Shown here in pieces: positions 35,964-45,396 of a stretch of 53,351 bases of DNA. The position numbers and the translations under genes were made by a program. The notes below the pieces were generated by a model. It was given only the letters and a program-made list of their open reading frames with translations. It ran no database searches and had not been told where the DNA came from. Within the stretch, counting starts at the first letter, position 1; each line of letters begins with the position of its first letter. The DNA is from Clostridia bacterium (lineage in GTDB: Bacteria; Bacillota; Clostridia; Christensenellales; UBA1242): the NCBI GenBank assembly GCA_028708805.1, contig JAQVYC010000001.1, forward strand, positions 10,404 to 63,754, in the 5' to 3' direction.

Positions 35964-37658
35964 TTATATTGTTTGCTTATATTTATTAGCCCAATTTTTA
36001 AGTTCTTTTGCATGTGCCAAAGCAATTTCGGTTTTGAATTTATTCCCAGATAACTTAGCTATGATAGGATATAGCGTGCTTTCGTCTAAAATGTCAATTT
36101 TAGTTTGAGTTGAATTGGAATCTGAAACCTTGTAAACATAAAAGTAATTATCCCCCATTACCGTAACTTGTGGTAAATGCGTTATACATAAAATTTGAAA
36201 CCTTTTAGATAGATAAGCAATACGTTCCGCTATTGCAGAGCCTATTTCCCCACTTATCCCAGAATCTATTTCATCGAAAACCAGAGTTTCGACTCCATCA
36301 GTTGAGGCTATAATATTTTTTAAAGCTAGCATAAATCTACTCATTTCTCCACCGGATATTGTTTTAACAATAGGCTTTAAAGTTTCGCCTAAGTTAGCTG
36401 AAAATAAGAATTCTACATTATCAATGCCATTATTTGTAAAGTTTTCTTCATTTTCAGATTTAGGTGTTGCAAAATCAATTTTCAATTTAGCATTTTTCAT
36501 ACCAATTAATGACAACTGCCCCATTATTTGACTTTCTAATTCAATGGCTAAATTTTTTCTTATATTTGATAACGCAATAGATTTTTCTCTTAATTTTAAT
36601 GTTATATTATTTAATTCGGAATTTAGATGCTCTATTTCCTTATCTACATTTTGAAGTTTAGATTGTTCATTTTTTGAATTCTCTAAAAAATTTAAAACAT
36701 CTTCAATTGTTTTTCCATATTTTCTCTTTATTTTTTTTAAACTATCTAACCTTTGGTCAAGTGCTTCAAGCTCAACTTCACTATAATTATAATTATTAAA
36801 ATCCGATTTTAAACTATCAACGACATCTTGAATTTCATATAAAACAGAATTTAATCGTTCTTGATAGTTTTCGAACTTGTTATTAAAATTCGAAATATTT
36901 GTTAAGGCCCTTATTGCATCTTTTAAATAAATGGTAGCTGAATTTGAACTATCTAAATTTTCAAAAGCAACTTTTAAAGAAGAAACAATTTTTTCAGAAT
37001 TTCTAATTTCATCTAATCTTGTCTCTATTTCTTCGAACTCCCCGACCTTTGGGTTTATATCTTCAATTTCAGCTATTTGATAATTTAATAAATCAAGCAT
37101 TCTTTCCCGATTCTCGTTACTTCCACCTAAGTTAGTTATTTCGTTTTTTATATCTTTAAACTGATGCATTAAACCAGAAATTTGTTGCTTCAAGTCTTTT
37201 AATAATTCGGGTTTATAACTATCTAATATATCAATGTGATTGCTTGTTTTTAACAATACTTGATTTTCATGTTGGCCATAAAAATCAATCAGTTTTTCCG
37301 CAAGTTTCCTTAACATTGAAAGCGTTACAATGCTTCCGTTAATTTTGCATTCTGTTTTGCCTTCTGCATCAAGTTTACGGCTTAATATAATAATTTCCTC
37401 ATCCGCCTGTCCCATATCTTCCAAAATTGATTTAACATTGTTATTATAATTATCAAAAACAGCTTCTACTCTCATTTCTTTTTCATTGGTTCTAATTTGA
37501 TTTTTGTTAGATTTGCCGCCTAAAACAAAAGACAAGGCGTTGAAAATAATACTTTTTCCAGAGCCTGTTTCTCCTATAAAGACATTAAATCCTGAGTTGA
37601 AATTTAATATTAATTCTTTAACGATGGCAAAATTTTTAATTTTTATTTGTTTTATCAT
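35964..37658 (-). CDS. recN: DNA repair protein RecN
   Basis: SMC-like: Walker A GETGSGKS, long coiled coil, signature SGGE, Walker B LVFDEID. The argR-recN order is conserved. Confidence 0.94.
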   Translation of the reverse strand: MIKQIKIKNFAIVKELILNFNSGFNVFIGETGSGKSIIFNALSFVLGGKSNKNQIRTNEKEMRVEAVFDNYNNNVKSILEDMGQADEEIIILSRKLDAEGKTECKINGSIVTLSMLRKLAEKLIDFYGQHENQVLLKTSNHIDILDSYKPELLKDLKQQISGLMHQFKDIKNEITNLGGSNENRERMLDLLNYQIAEIEDINPKVGEFEEIETRLDEIRNSEKIVSSLKVAFENLDSSNSATIYLKDAIRALTNISNFNNKFENYQERLNSVLYEIQDVVDSLKSDFNNYNYSEVELEALDQRLDSLKKIKRKYGKTIEDVLNFLENSKNEQSKLQNVDKEIEHLNSELNNITLKLREKSIALSNIRKNLAIELESQIMGQLSLIGMKNAKLKIDFATPKSENEENFTNNGIDNVEFLFSANLGETLKPIVKTISGGEMSRFMLALKNIIASTDGVETLVFDEIDSGISGEIGSAIAERIAYLSKRFQILCITHLPQVTVMGDNYFYVYKVSDSNSTQTKIDILDESTLYPIIAKLSGNKFKTEIALAHAKELKNWANKYKQTI

Positions 37659-37694
37659 AAAACCAACCTATTTTTTTAAAAGTTTTTGAAATTT

Positions 37695-38150
37695 TTAGGA
37701 TGCTATTTTATTTAATGTTTCAGTAGTTTTAAAAGCCTGTAAATCATTCGGCAAAATTATCATCACGGTGTCATCACCACAAACTGAGCCCATAATATTT
37801 TCTAAATTAAGTTTGTCAATAATACCGCAAACAGCGGTTGCCATTCCTTTGATTGTTTTTATAACGCAAAGATTTTGAGCATTCTTTACAGAAATTACCG
37901 CTTCTTTAAAAACTAATATGTACTTATTTGAAACTGCTTGATTTTCATTTTCAACAACAGCATATTTATATTTTCCTGAATCTGAACTTAAAATTTTAAT
38001 TAACCTAAGCTCTTTTATATCTCTAGAAATGGTCGCCTGAGTAATATCGAAATTTAAATTTTTAAGTTCGTTAACCAGTTCATCTTGCGTTTCGATTTCT
38101 TTTATGGATATCAATTCAAGAATTTTAGATTGCCTTGTAGAACGCGCCAT
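37695..38150 (-). CDS. argR: Arginine repressor ArgR/AhrC
   Basis: N-terminal wHTH (QATISRDIKEL) and C-terminal GDDT motif (VCGDDTVMI); AAGGAG RBS. Confidence 0.92.
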   Translation of the reverse strand: MARSTRQSKILELISIKEIETQDELVNELKNLNFDITQATISRDIKELRLIKILSSDSGKYKYAVVENENQAVSNKYILVFKEAVISVKNAQNLCVIKTIKGMATAVCGIIDKLNLENIMGSVCGDDTVMIILPNDLQAFKTTETLNKIAS

Positions 38151-38170
38151 ACAGTACTCCTTGAGTTTGT

Positions 38171-38195
38171 AAAAGCCTTTATTTATAAGGCTTTT
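38171..38195 (-). promoter_or_regulatory. Terminator-like hairpin within 20 nt of the argR RBS
   Basis: aaaagcctt (38171-38179) and aaggctttt (38187-38195) form a 9-bp stem with a 7-nt loop. Too close to the ATG (38150) for a promoter to fit between them. Confidence 0.55.
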
Positions 38196-38624
38196 ATATG
38201 TTTTGTATAATTATAAATTGATAAGTATACAAAAATTATTTCCGTATTTTTATTATTATACATTGCGATTTATAATTATGCAAGCGAATTTTGAATATTT
38301 ATACACACGATTTTTCATCATTATAAATTTAATTTAAAATTATACTTTTTAAATTTATAATTATAAATTGATATGCAAGAGTTTTTTTGCAAATTCATAG
38401 GAATAATTTTTACAAAAAAATAATCAGTTTGAAAAATGTGCCTTTCATACTTTTTCAGCTTTAAGATTTTTTAAAGTACACTACCCCCCCGCTTTTCTTT
38501 AAGAGAAATATTTATTAAAAACAATATCTAAATTTTAACTGAAAGTTTAAATTTAAAATTTATTTTATTTTTAAAAAATATTTTATTATGTATTTCCAAA
38601 AATTAATGTTAATATAAATATATT

Positions 38625-39230
38625 TTATTTTTTATTTTGTTCCTTTGAAAACAAACTTAAAAATTTTCCAATTATTAAAATTATTTTTATTGCATTGTTT
38701 GTTGCATATTGTTTTATAAGGGCTTTCCCGCCTATGGTTAGCCCAGCAATTATTGCCGAGATAAAAGCAGCAAGTAAAATTGCATAAGCAGACAACGAAT
38801 TATCGGAAATTAGAAAACTCAAAATCGTGACACCTGCCGCACCGCTTAAAACCCCGCATACATCCCCAATGACATCTGCACAAAGCGAAGCTATCTTTGC
38901 AGCATTTTGCACCATAAAAAGCCCCTGCCTTGCCCCTCTAACTTTTTTTAATATCATAGACTTAAACGGTGCCTCATTACTTGCCACCACCGCAATACCT
39001 ATCATATCAGTAATTACAGAAACAGAAATTAAAATTAAAACAATAATAACCGCCAATACCATTCCGGCTTCCGACATAAAATGTTCGCTTACAGTTCCAA
39101 ATAACAAAGATAGTGCAACCGCAAGAAAAAAAACCTTAATCGGCCAACTCCAACAAGATTCTTTTTTTGTTTTTGGTCTTTTATTTCTTACAGAAGAAGA
39201 CCTGTTTTCATTATTTTTTAGGTTATTCAT
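38625..39230 (-). CDS. Hypothetical polytopic membrane protein
   Basis: 201 aa: basic N-terminus followed by about 4-5 hydrophobic helices (VFFLAVALSLLFG, LAVIIVLILISVSVI, GVLSGAAGVTILSFLI, AILLAAFISAIIAGL). No family recognised. Confidence 0.6.
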   Translation of the reverse strand: MNNLKNNENRSSSVRNKRPKTKKESCWSWPIKVFFLAVALSLLFGTVSEHFMSEAGMVLAVIIVLILISVSVITDMIGIAVVASNEAPFKSMILKKVRGARQGLFMVQNAAKIASLCADVIGDVCGVLSGAAGVTILSFLISDNSLSAYAILLAAFISAIIAGLTIGGKALIKQYATNNAIKIILIIGKFLSLFSKEQNKK

Positions 39231-39423
39231 TTTCGCTGTTATATGTATATGCGAAGAATTCTTAAATACAATGAAAATAATAAAATTTTGTCGAGCATTT
39301 ATTAATAAATAGTATCTAATTAAATCAGTTTAATAAGTTTTAATAAAATTCAAATTTTATGTTTGTTAAAATAGCTCTATCATAAACAAATTTTAAATTA
39401 AATTATGTTTTAGAATTAAACTT

Positions 39424-39726
39424 CTATTCCATTTTTTCATTATTTGAATTTGATTTAAAAGATGACTCAATATTATCTTTAATCACAGTAATAACTCCTG
39501 TTGCCTTTTCGAGCTTCTTATTACACACGCCAATCAGTAAAGCACCTTGCTCATACAAATCAAGAGAGTCTTCCAACCCTAAATTTCCTTCCTCTAATTT
39601 TGAAATAACTTCATCCAGCTTTTTAGATGCTTGCTCAAAAGTATAATTTTCAAATTGTTTTTTTTGATTATTATTTAATTTTTTATCATTTAACTTTTTA
39701 TCATTTAAATCTTTTTCTAAATTCAT
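39424..39726 (-). CDS. xseB: Exodeoxyribonuclease VII small subunit with an N-terminal Asn/Lys-rich extension
   Basis: FEQASKKLDEVISKLEEGNLGLEDSLDLYEQG matches XseB. GGAGAG RBS; the start overlaps the xseA stop. Confidence 0.88.
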   Translation of the reverse strand: MNLEKDLNDKKLNDKKLNNNQKKQFENYTFEQASKKLDEVISKLEEGNLGLEDSLDLYEQGALLIGVCNKKLEKATGVITVIKDNIESSFKSNSNNEKME

Positions 39727-40829
39727 TTAATCTCTCCTTCTACCTTTCCGTCAAAGAAATTTATTTTTATTTTATCTCCACTTGAAAGCTGTTTTGAACT
39801 TACAATTGTACTTTCACCTTTTGATACTTTGGCATATCCTATTTTCAAAATATTGTTCGGATTGAGTTTTTCAAGTATGGTCATCTTTAATGTTACAAAA
39901 TATTTATAACCATTTATTGCTTCTTTCATTTTGTTCAAGACTAAGCTTTGTTTAAATTGTAATTGGTTTTTGAGGTCGGAAAGGTTGTTTTTTATAATCG
40001 TATTTAATTTTAAACATTGACTTTTAAAAAGATTTTGACTGCTCTTTATATCAGCAACCGCCAATTCTGCCGCTACACTTGGTGTCGAGGCTCTGACATC
40101 CGCAACAAAATCTAAAATTGTAAAATCAGTTTCATGCCCTATTGCCGAAATAATAGGCTTTGCGCATTCAAATGCACTTCTTGCAATTACCTCCATATTA
40201 AAGACATTTAAATCTTCAAAAGAACCGCCACCCCTTGCAACTATTATAACATCCACATTATAATTAGAAAAAAATTCAATACCTTTTTTAATTTCAAACT
40301 CCGCACCGCTACCCTGCACTCTTGTCGGATATAAAACAATATTTATAGAGGGGTTTCTTCTTGTTGCAACATTTATAATATCTTCAATTACCGCCCCCGT
40401 TTCCGAAGTTACGACACCAATGCGGTTTATTTCTTTGGGCAAAGGCTTTTTTGCTCTAACATCAAACAAACCCTCAGCTTCTAAATTTTCTTTTAATTGC
40501 AAAAATTTGAGATATAAATCACCTTTACCATATGGCGTTAATTTATTAACATTGAAATCTAGCCGACCGCCCTTGGTGTAAAATTGAGGGCAACCTCGTG
40601 CTACTACAAAATCTCCGTTCCTAAAAGATTTATAAGCACTCTCATCGAAACATACACAATGAATTTGAGAAAATTCATCTTTTAAATCAAAAAAGGCTAA
40701 ATTACCTGTTGGTGATTTAAGCCCAGAAATCTCCCCTTTAACCGATATATTATAAAGCAATTCTTCTGCTTCAAAAATTTGTTTAATATATGCATTTAAC
40801 TGACTAACTGTAATTGTAAATTCTTCCAT
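39723..40829 (-). CDS. xseA: Exodeoxyribonuclease VII large subunit
   Basis: N-terminal OB fold (TVSQLNAYIKQIFE...VKGEIS) and catalytic core (GVVTSETGA, ARGGGS); AAGGA RBS. Confidence 0.92.
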   Translation of the reverse strand: MEEFTITVSQLNAYIKQIFEAEELLYNISVKGEISGLKSPTGNLAFFDLKDEFSQIHCVCFDESAYKSFRNGDFVVARGCPQFYTKGGRLDFNVNKLTPYGKGDLYLKFLQLKENLEAEGLFDVRAKKPLPKEINRIGVVTSETGAVIEDIINVATRRNPSINIVLYPTRVQGSGAEFEIKKGIEFFSNYNVDVIIVARGGGSFEDLNVFNMEVIARSAFECAKPIISAIGHETDFTILDFVADVRASTPSVAAELAVADIKSSQNLFKSQCLKLNTIIKNNLSDLKNQLQFKQSLVLNKMKEAINGYKYFVTLKMTILEKLNPNNILKIGYAKVSKGESTIVSSKQLSSGDKIKINFFDGKVEGEIK

Positions 40830-40873
40830 TAATATCCTTTATGATTGCTTAGTTAAATAAATTTTCAATACCC

Positions 40874-41257
40874 TTAATTTATTTTAGCTAAAACACCGTT
40901 TATAAACGAATTGCTTTTTTCTGTTGAATATTTTTTAGCCACTTCTAAAACTTCGTTGATAACAACCGCTTTCGGAGTTTTCAAATATAAGAACTCGGCA
41001 GTTGCAAGATATATTAAAGCCAAATCTATTTTATAAATTCTTTTAATTTCATAGCCCACAACAGCACTCTCGACGATATCGTGTATTGAATTTTTATTTT
41101 CAAAATAAGCATCTAAAATCTGATTAGAAAAGTCAATATCTTTTTGTCTCAAGTTTTCTTGACTGCATAAAAAATCAAATGCCTCAGCACTTCTATTTTC
41201 TTCGAACAAATTAATATATATTATATTAAATGCCACTATTCTCGATTGCATCCTCAT
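40874..41257 (-). CDS. nusB: Transcription antitermination factor NusB
   Basis: 127 aa with the NusB helical pattern (R..A...LY...., NGVL C-terminal motif); AAGGAAG RBS. Confidence 0.9.
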   Translation of the reverse strand: MRMQSRIVAFNIIYINLFEENRSAEAFDFLCSQENLRQKDIDFSNQILDAYFENKNSIHDIVESAVVGYEIKRIYKIDLALIYLATAEFLYLKTPKAVVINEVLEVAKKYSTEKSNSFINGVLAKIN

Positions 41258-41618
41258 ACTCTTCTTCCTTACTAATTACAACATCTATAATATGCACATT
41301 GATTTTTGTTGTCTTAATCTCGACCATTGATAAAATATTATTTTTTATATTTTCCTGCACTTTAAAACAAATATCTGGAACATTTATATTACTGTAAACA
41401 TCTATATAAACATCAATTTTGATTTTTCCGTTTATATCATATTTGATTTTAACGCCCGAAAAACTTTTGTTTTGCAAAAACCTAGTTAAAAAGCAATTTG
41501 ATTTTTTACTCATGCCCGCTACTCCGCTAATTTCATTAGTTGCCAAACTAACAATTGAAAACAATATATTTCTGTTGCAGGTTAATTTGCCCTGGTCTTT
41601 ATTTTGTTTTTCTTCCAT
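41226..41618 (-). CDS. Asp23/Gls24 family (alkaline shock) protein, YqhY-like
   Basis: LATNEISGVAGM motif and position upstream of nusB, as for Bacillus yqhY. The ATG at 41618 has an AAAGGAG RBS (6-nt spacer) and is preferred to the track start at 41645. Confidence 0.85.
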   Translation of the reverse strand: MEEKQNKDQGKLTCNRNILFSIVSLATNEISGVAGMSKKSNCFLTRFLQNKSFSGVKIKYDINGKIKIDVYIDVYSNINVPDICFKVQENIKNNILSMVEIKTTKINVHIIDVVISKEEEYEDAIENSGI

Positions 41619-41801
41619 ATCAAACTCCTTTCTAAGAAAATACAATTAAGCTGATTTTATACTTTAATATTTTGTAATTTAATTATAACACAAGTTTTAA
41701 AAATTTAAAACTATTATTAAAAATTTGATTTAAAAAATATTATATTTTTAAAACATAATACACTATTCTACTTTTATTTTAAATAATATTTATTTTGGTT
41801 T

Positions 41802-41833
41802 AAAAAACCGGACCTTATAAAAGACCGGTTTTT
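41802..41833 (-). terminator. Intrinsic terminator of the spoIIIA operon
   Basis: aaaaaaccgg (41802-41811) pairs with ccggttttt (41825-41833), starting 24 nt after the spoIIIAH stop. A-run and T-run flanks allow bidirectional function. Confidence 0.7.
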
Positions 41834-41856
41834 ATTTGTTATAAACTTTTAAGATT

Positions 41857-42327
41857 TTATTTTACAGGAATAATTTTAATATTAGCTAATTTATAATCTG
41901 TCTGTTCAGTTACAACCGCAACAACTCGTGCCACCTCGGTTTCCGTTAGTTTTTCTGACTTAATTATAACATTAATATAATTAGTTGAAGTTGTTACAAT
42001 AACATCTGCAAAACCTAGCCCTTTAATTAGGTATTCTAAAGATAAGTCACTGTCCATCTCCCCTATTAATGCAAGTTGTTTTGTTTCTGCAAGGGCCTTT
42101 TTCTCACTTGTATAATTATTGCTCGCTATAATTGCCTCGTAATATGAAATTGCTTGATCCCTAATATTGTCTCTATCTTTTCTATAAGAATCAAAATAAT
42201 TATAAGCTGTAACATTTGCACCCGCATCAATAACAGTATTGTTTAATGTAATATTTAAATAACCCGTAATGCCCAATAATAAAACCATAGCTGTTAAAAT
42301 TATCACTTTTGTTCTTTTCTTTAACAT
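41857..42327 (-). CDS. spoIIIAH: Stage III sporulation protein AH
   Basis: Last gene of the spoIIIA cluster: N-terminal TM anchor followed by a soluble domain of the expected size; AAGGAG RBS. Confidence 0.8.
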   Translation of the reverse strand: MLKKRTKVIILTAMVLLLGITGYLNITLNNTVIDAGANVTAYNYFDSYRKDRDNIRDQAISYYEAIIASNNYTSEKKALAETKQLALIGEMDSDLSLEYLIKGLGFADVIVTTSTNYINVIIKSEKLTETEVARVVAVVTEQTDYKLANIKIIPVK

Positions 42328-42413
42328 AACACATCTCCTTTTTATAAATTATTTATTAATTCAAGCATTTATTCCTAAATTTTGAAAAATGTTTGTCAAA
42401 AAGATATATTTTA

Positions 42414-42842
42414 TCAACTACTGTTTCCTATAAGAACTTCAATGTTTGATGATGACAATTTTAGTAGTGCTTCAATAGCTTTAATTATTTCTAATTTAAC
42501 CCATACATTGCTCGCCCCTTGGGCAACAACAATTATCGAAGCAACACTTGGTAAAGTTGCTGTCTCTAATTCTGTTTCTTCTTCCACCATTATCATTACC
42601 GACACATTACCAGCTCCGTTTATTTTAGAGAGTATGTTTGCAAGCTTATCTTCAACTTCTGTTATATAAGCAGAAACAATTGTTGCATTTTCACCTGTTT
42701 TTGTTTTAACATTATCAGGAGCAGAAAAAGCTGATGAGAAATACACAAGTAAAATAATAAGCCCAAATAAAATAGCTAATATAATTTCTATATGCTTTAT
42801 GCTTTTTAATTTTTTAAATAAATTTACAAAAACATTACTCAT
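42414..42842 (-). CDS. spoIIIAG: Stage III sporulation protein AG
   Basis: TM anchor plus NVSVMIMVEEE...IIVVAQGA, typical of SpoIIIAG; correct position in the operon. Confidence 0.85.
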   Translation of the reverse strand: MSNVFVNLFKKLKSIKHIEIILAILFGLIILLVYFSSAFSAPDNVKTKTGENATIVSAYITEVEDKLANILSKINGAGNVSVMIMVEEETELETATLPSVASIIVVAQGASNVWVKLEIIKAIEALLKLSSSNIEVLIGNSS

Positions 42843-43326
42843 AAAAAACTATTTTACTCTCCTCAATAGAAACAAATCTAAAAATTATATCTTTTATGCT
42901 TGTCTTTATATTTATATGTGGGAATTTTTCATCTATTACAATTTGAGATAAATCCACAGAAACTTGTTCAATTTTTAGTTCATTTTGAAATATATCCGCA
43001 CTAAAACCCACCTGAACATTATTTATTCCATTGGCTTTTAATGTTTTTTGAATGTCCTCCTCCGTCTTATCTAAAAGTTGTCTGTTAATACTAGCAATAA
43101 ATTCATCTTGAACCACTATTGATTTTTCTTTAAAAAAGTCATCTAAAACCAGATTTTTATTTGATAAAAATGACACAATAGGCGAAATAATAACGATAAC
43201 AATAACAAAGGCAAAAATGTTTTTTATAAATTTAGAAGTGCTACCGTTTGGCATAACCAAATCAACAACCACAGAGAGTACAATTACACCGACAATACTC
43301 AAAATCCAAATTGAAATTGCAGACAT
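42835..43326 (-). CDS. spoIIIAF: Stage III sporulation protein AF
   Basis: Two N-terminal TM helices and correct operon position. The ATG at 43326 has an AAAGGGG RBS; the track start at 43368 would nearly abut the spoIIIAE stop. Confidence 0.78.
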   Translation of the reverse strand: MSAISIWILSIVGVIVLSVVVDLVMPNGSTSKFIKNIFAFVIVIVIISPIVSFLSNKNLVLDDFFKEKSIVVQDEFIASINRQLLDKTEEDIQKTLKANGINNVQVGFSADIFQNELKIEQVSVDLSQIVIDEKFPHINIKTSIKDIIFRFVSIEESKIVFYE

Positions 43327-43371
43327 CTTAACCCCTTTTTTTATTTTTAATATTCTGTTTAATAGCATAGT

Positions 43372-44586
43372 TTAAAAATTAACGCTAGTACACATAATAA
43401 TTCCCACAAATATAACATACATAAAAGATACTCCGATAATCATTACAATAGGCATAATGAACGATTTTGAAATTGAAGAAATAAAATTCGAAATTCTGTT
43501 ATCAGATAACGGTTGCAATATTGCACCTGTAAGCTTCAAGCACAACATAAATATAACAAGTTGTAAAAGAGGAACTATTACACTTGCAAATAAGAGCAAT
43601 AATCCCGAAGCACCAATTGCATTTTTAATTAACAAACAACTGGCTAAAATAACATTTAAACCTTCGCTTAAATATCCGCCCAGAATAGGAATATATGTAC
43701 TAAGTGAATACCTTGCAGTTTTAAATGAGATTGAATCAACTGAACCCGCTGTTATTCCCTTTATGGCTAGAAAGCCCATAAAAATTGTAAAAACTATTCC
43801 TATAATCCATTTAAATAAGCTATTTAAAAAGCCAGACAACTTATCCAAACGAACCGAATTAGACAAATTAGAAACTATTGAAAAAACAAGTGAAAATATG
43901 AATATGGGCATTAATATATGAGTGAAAACAGCTGTAACAACAGCAGTCAACATAATAACAGCAGGCTGAAAAACCGCCACTGATACAACACCACCCATTG
44001 CTGTAAGCAAGGTTAGCATAATAGGAAAGACAATTTCCATTTGCGTTATTATTAAATTTAATGTGTTTGAAGTAAGAGTAATCATCTGCACGGCTGCCCC
44101 GCTAATAATAACTATAATTACTCCATAACAAACAAAATGAATAATATCCCCTATTGACTGCGAGTTTCCCTTGAAATCAGATAATAAACCCGCTAAAATA
44201 GCAACGGCAATAATGGAAGCAATCAATGGTAAAAATTTTAGTAATTCATTAAAGATGATATTAATAAGAGCCTCAAAAACATTTTGTGTGTTTTCGCTAA
44301 AATCACCTGAAACAATTAATTGAAGCTTGTCCATAATACCCGAAGCTCCGAACAATTCTTTTTGTTCATCGGATAAATTATTTAAAAAGGCTTCCAACTC
44401 AGTTAAATCCAATTCAGAGAGCTGTTTCCCTATTTTATCCTCCAACTCTTTTTCCAATTCATCCTGACTTTCAGTTGTAGATTGCTCTTGAATGTTTTCA
44501 GCATAAATGGAAATCCCGCTATTAAACAAAGGAACTAATGCTAAAAGAAAAGCTATTATTAAAAGAAAATAATTTTTTGATTTCAA
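43372..44586 (-). CDS. spoIIIAE: Stage III sporulation protein AE
   Basis: 404 aa with a signal peptide, an acidic segment and then multiple TM helices; correct operon position. Confidence 0.9.
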   Translation of the reverse strand: MKSKNYFLLIIAFLLALVPLFNSGISIYAENIQEQSTTESQDELEKELEDKIGKQLSELDLTELEAFLNNLSDEQKELFGASGIMDKLQLIVSGDFSENTQNVFEALINIIFNELLKFLPLIASIIAVAILAGLLSDFKGNSQSIGDIIHFVCYGVIIVIISGAAVQMITLTSNTLNLIITQMEIVFPIMLTLLTAMGGVVSVAVFQPAVIMLTAVVTAVFTHILMPIFIFSLVFSIVSNLSNSVRLDKLSGFLNSLFKWIIGIVFTIFMGFLAIKGITAGSVDSISFKTARYSLSTYIPILGGYLSEGLNVILASCLLIKNAIGASGLLLLFASVIVPLLQLVIFMLCLKLTGAILQPLSDNRISNFISSISKSFIMPIVMIIGVSFMYVIFVGIIMCTSVNF

Positions 44587-44969
44587 GGCAAAATCTCCAT
44601 TATGATTTCAATTATATTTATTAAAATAGGCAAAGACATTACAAGAATAATAATTTTTCCTGCGAATAAAACTTTATTTGCAAGGCTAGATGAACCTGAA
44701 TCAGTGCAGATATTTGCTGTAAACTCTGTGAGATAACCAATGCCAATTATTTTTAAAATAATGCCAAACAAACCCGGGGATAAATTAGTTTTATCTACAA
44801 GTAATCTAAGCACATCAAAGACCTGGTTAATGTAATCAACCAGCATAAGCAAAATAACAATGCCACCTGCCAAAGTAACTAAATTTGCAAAATCAGGCTT
44901 GACCTGCTTTACAATGATAGTCGCAATGCAAGTAATAAGGGCTATGGCTAAAATTTTGATTATGTCCAA
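44583..44969 (-). CDS. spoIIIAD: Stage III sporulation protein AD
   Basis: Aligns along its length with my recollection of B. subtilis SpoIIIAD (ILKIIGIGYLTEF, AGKIIILVMSLPIL). TTG start with TGGAG upstream. Confidence 0.9.
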   Translation of the reverse strand: MDIIKILAIALITCIATIIVKQVKPDFANLVTLAGGIVILLMLVDYINQVFDVLRLLVDKTNLSPGLFGIILKIIGIGYLTEFTANICTDSGSSSLANKVLFAGKIIILVMSLPILINIIEIIMEILP

Positions 44970-45078
44970 ATCTGAAACTCCAATTTAAATTTGTTGTAGG
45001 TTTGTTATTAATATTTCATTGTGCATATAACTCAATTTGGTTTGTTCGTTTTTAATGGCTTCTACTTCTTTTGAGAAC

Positions 45079-45273
45079 TCAAAAATCAAACATACCTTTT
45101 ATAACATTAAATAAATCCATTATTAAATCTAACACCATAACAAGAACAATAATCAAACCTGCCAAAGTTGCCATTGTTGCAATTTCATCTTTGCCACTAT
45201 GTTTTAGCACTTGACCCACAACAGCCGTTAGTATTCCGATAGCTGCTATTTTGAATATAATTTCAACTCCCAT
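45079..45273 (-). CDS. spoIIIAC: Stage III sporulation protein AC
   Basis: 64-aa two-TM protein (IFKIAAIGILTAVVGQVLKHSGKDE); AAGGGGG RBS. Confidence 0.9.
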   Translation of the reverse strand: MGVEIIFKIAAIGILTAVVGQVLKHSGKDEIATMATLAGLIIVLVMVLDLIMDLFNVIKGMFDF

Positions 45274-45396
45274 AGAACCCCCTTATTTAACTCCTAATCA
45301 CAACCCAAAATTTATTTTTTTAACTACACATAATAACACTAAGTGTTGTGTAGCTATGTCGTTGCATAGCACTATATGTCGCTTTTTGCATAATAC

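Noticed and set aside
38827-39312. 161-aa plus-strand ORF, together with other antisense track ORFs inside rny, recN, spoIIIAE, mutS, mutL, ftsK and the topoisomerase genes
   Set aside because: Each is fully embedded antisense in a well-supported conserved gene. They lack RBSs and have composition typical of antisense frames.
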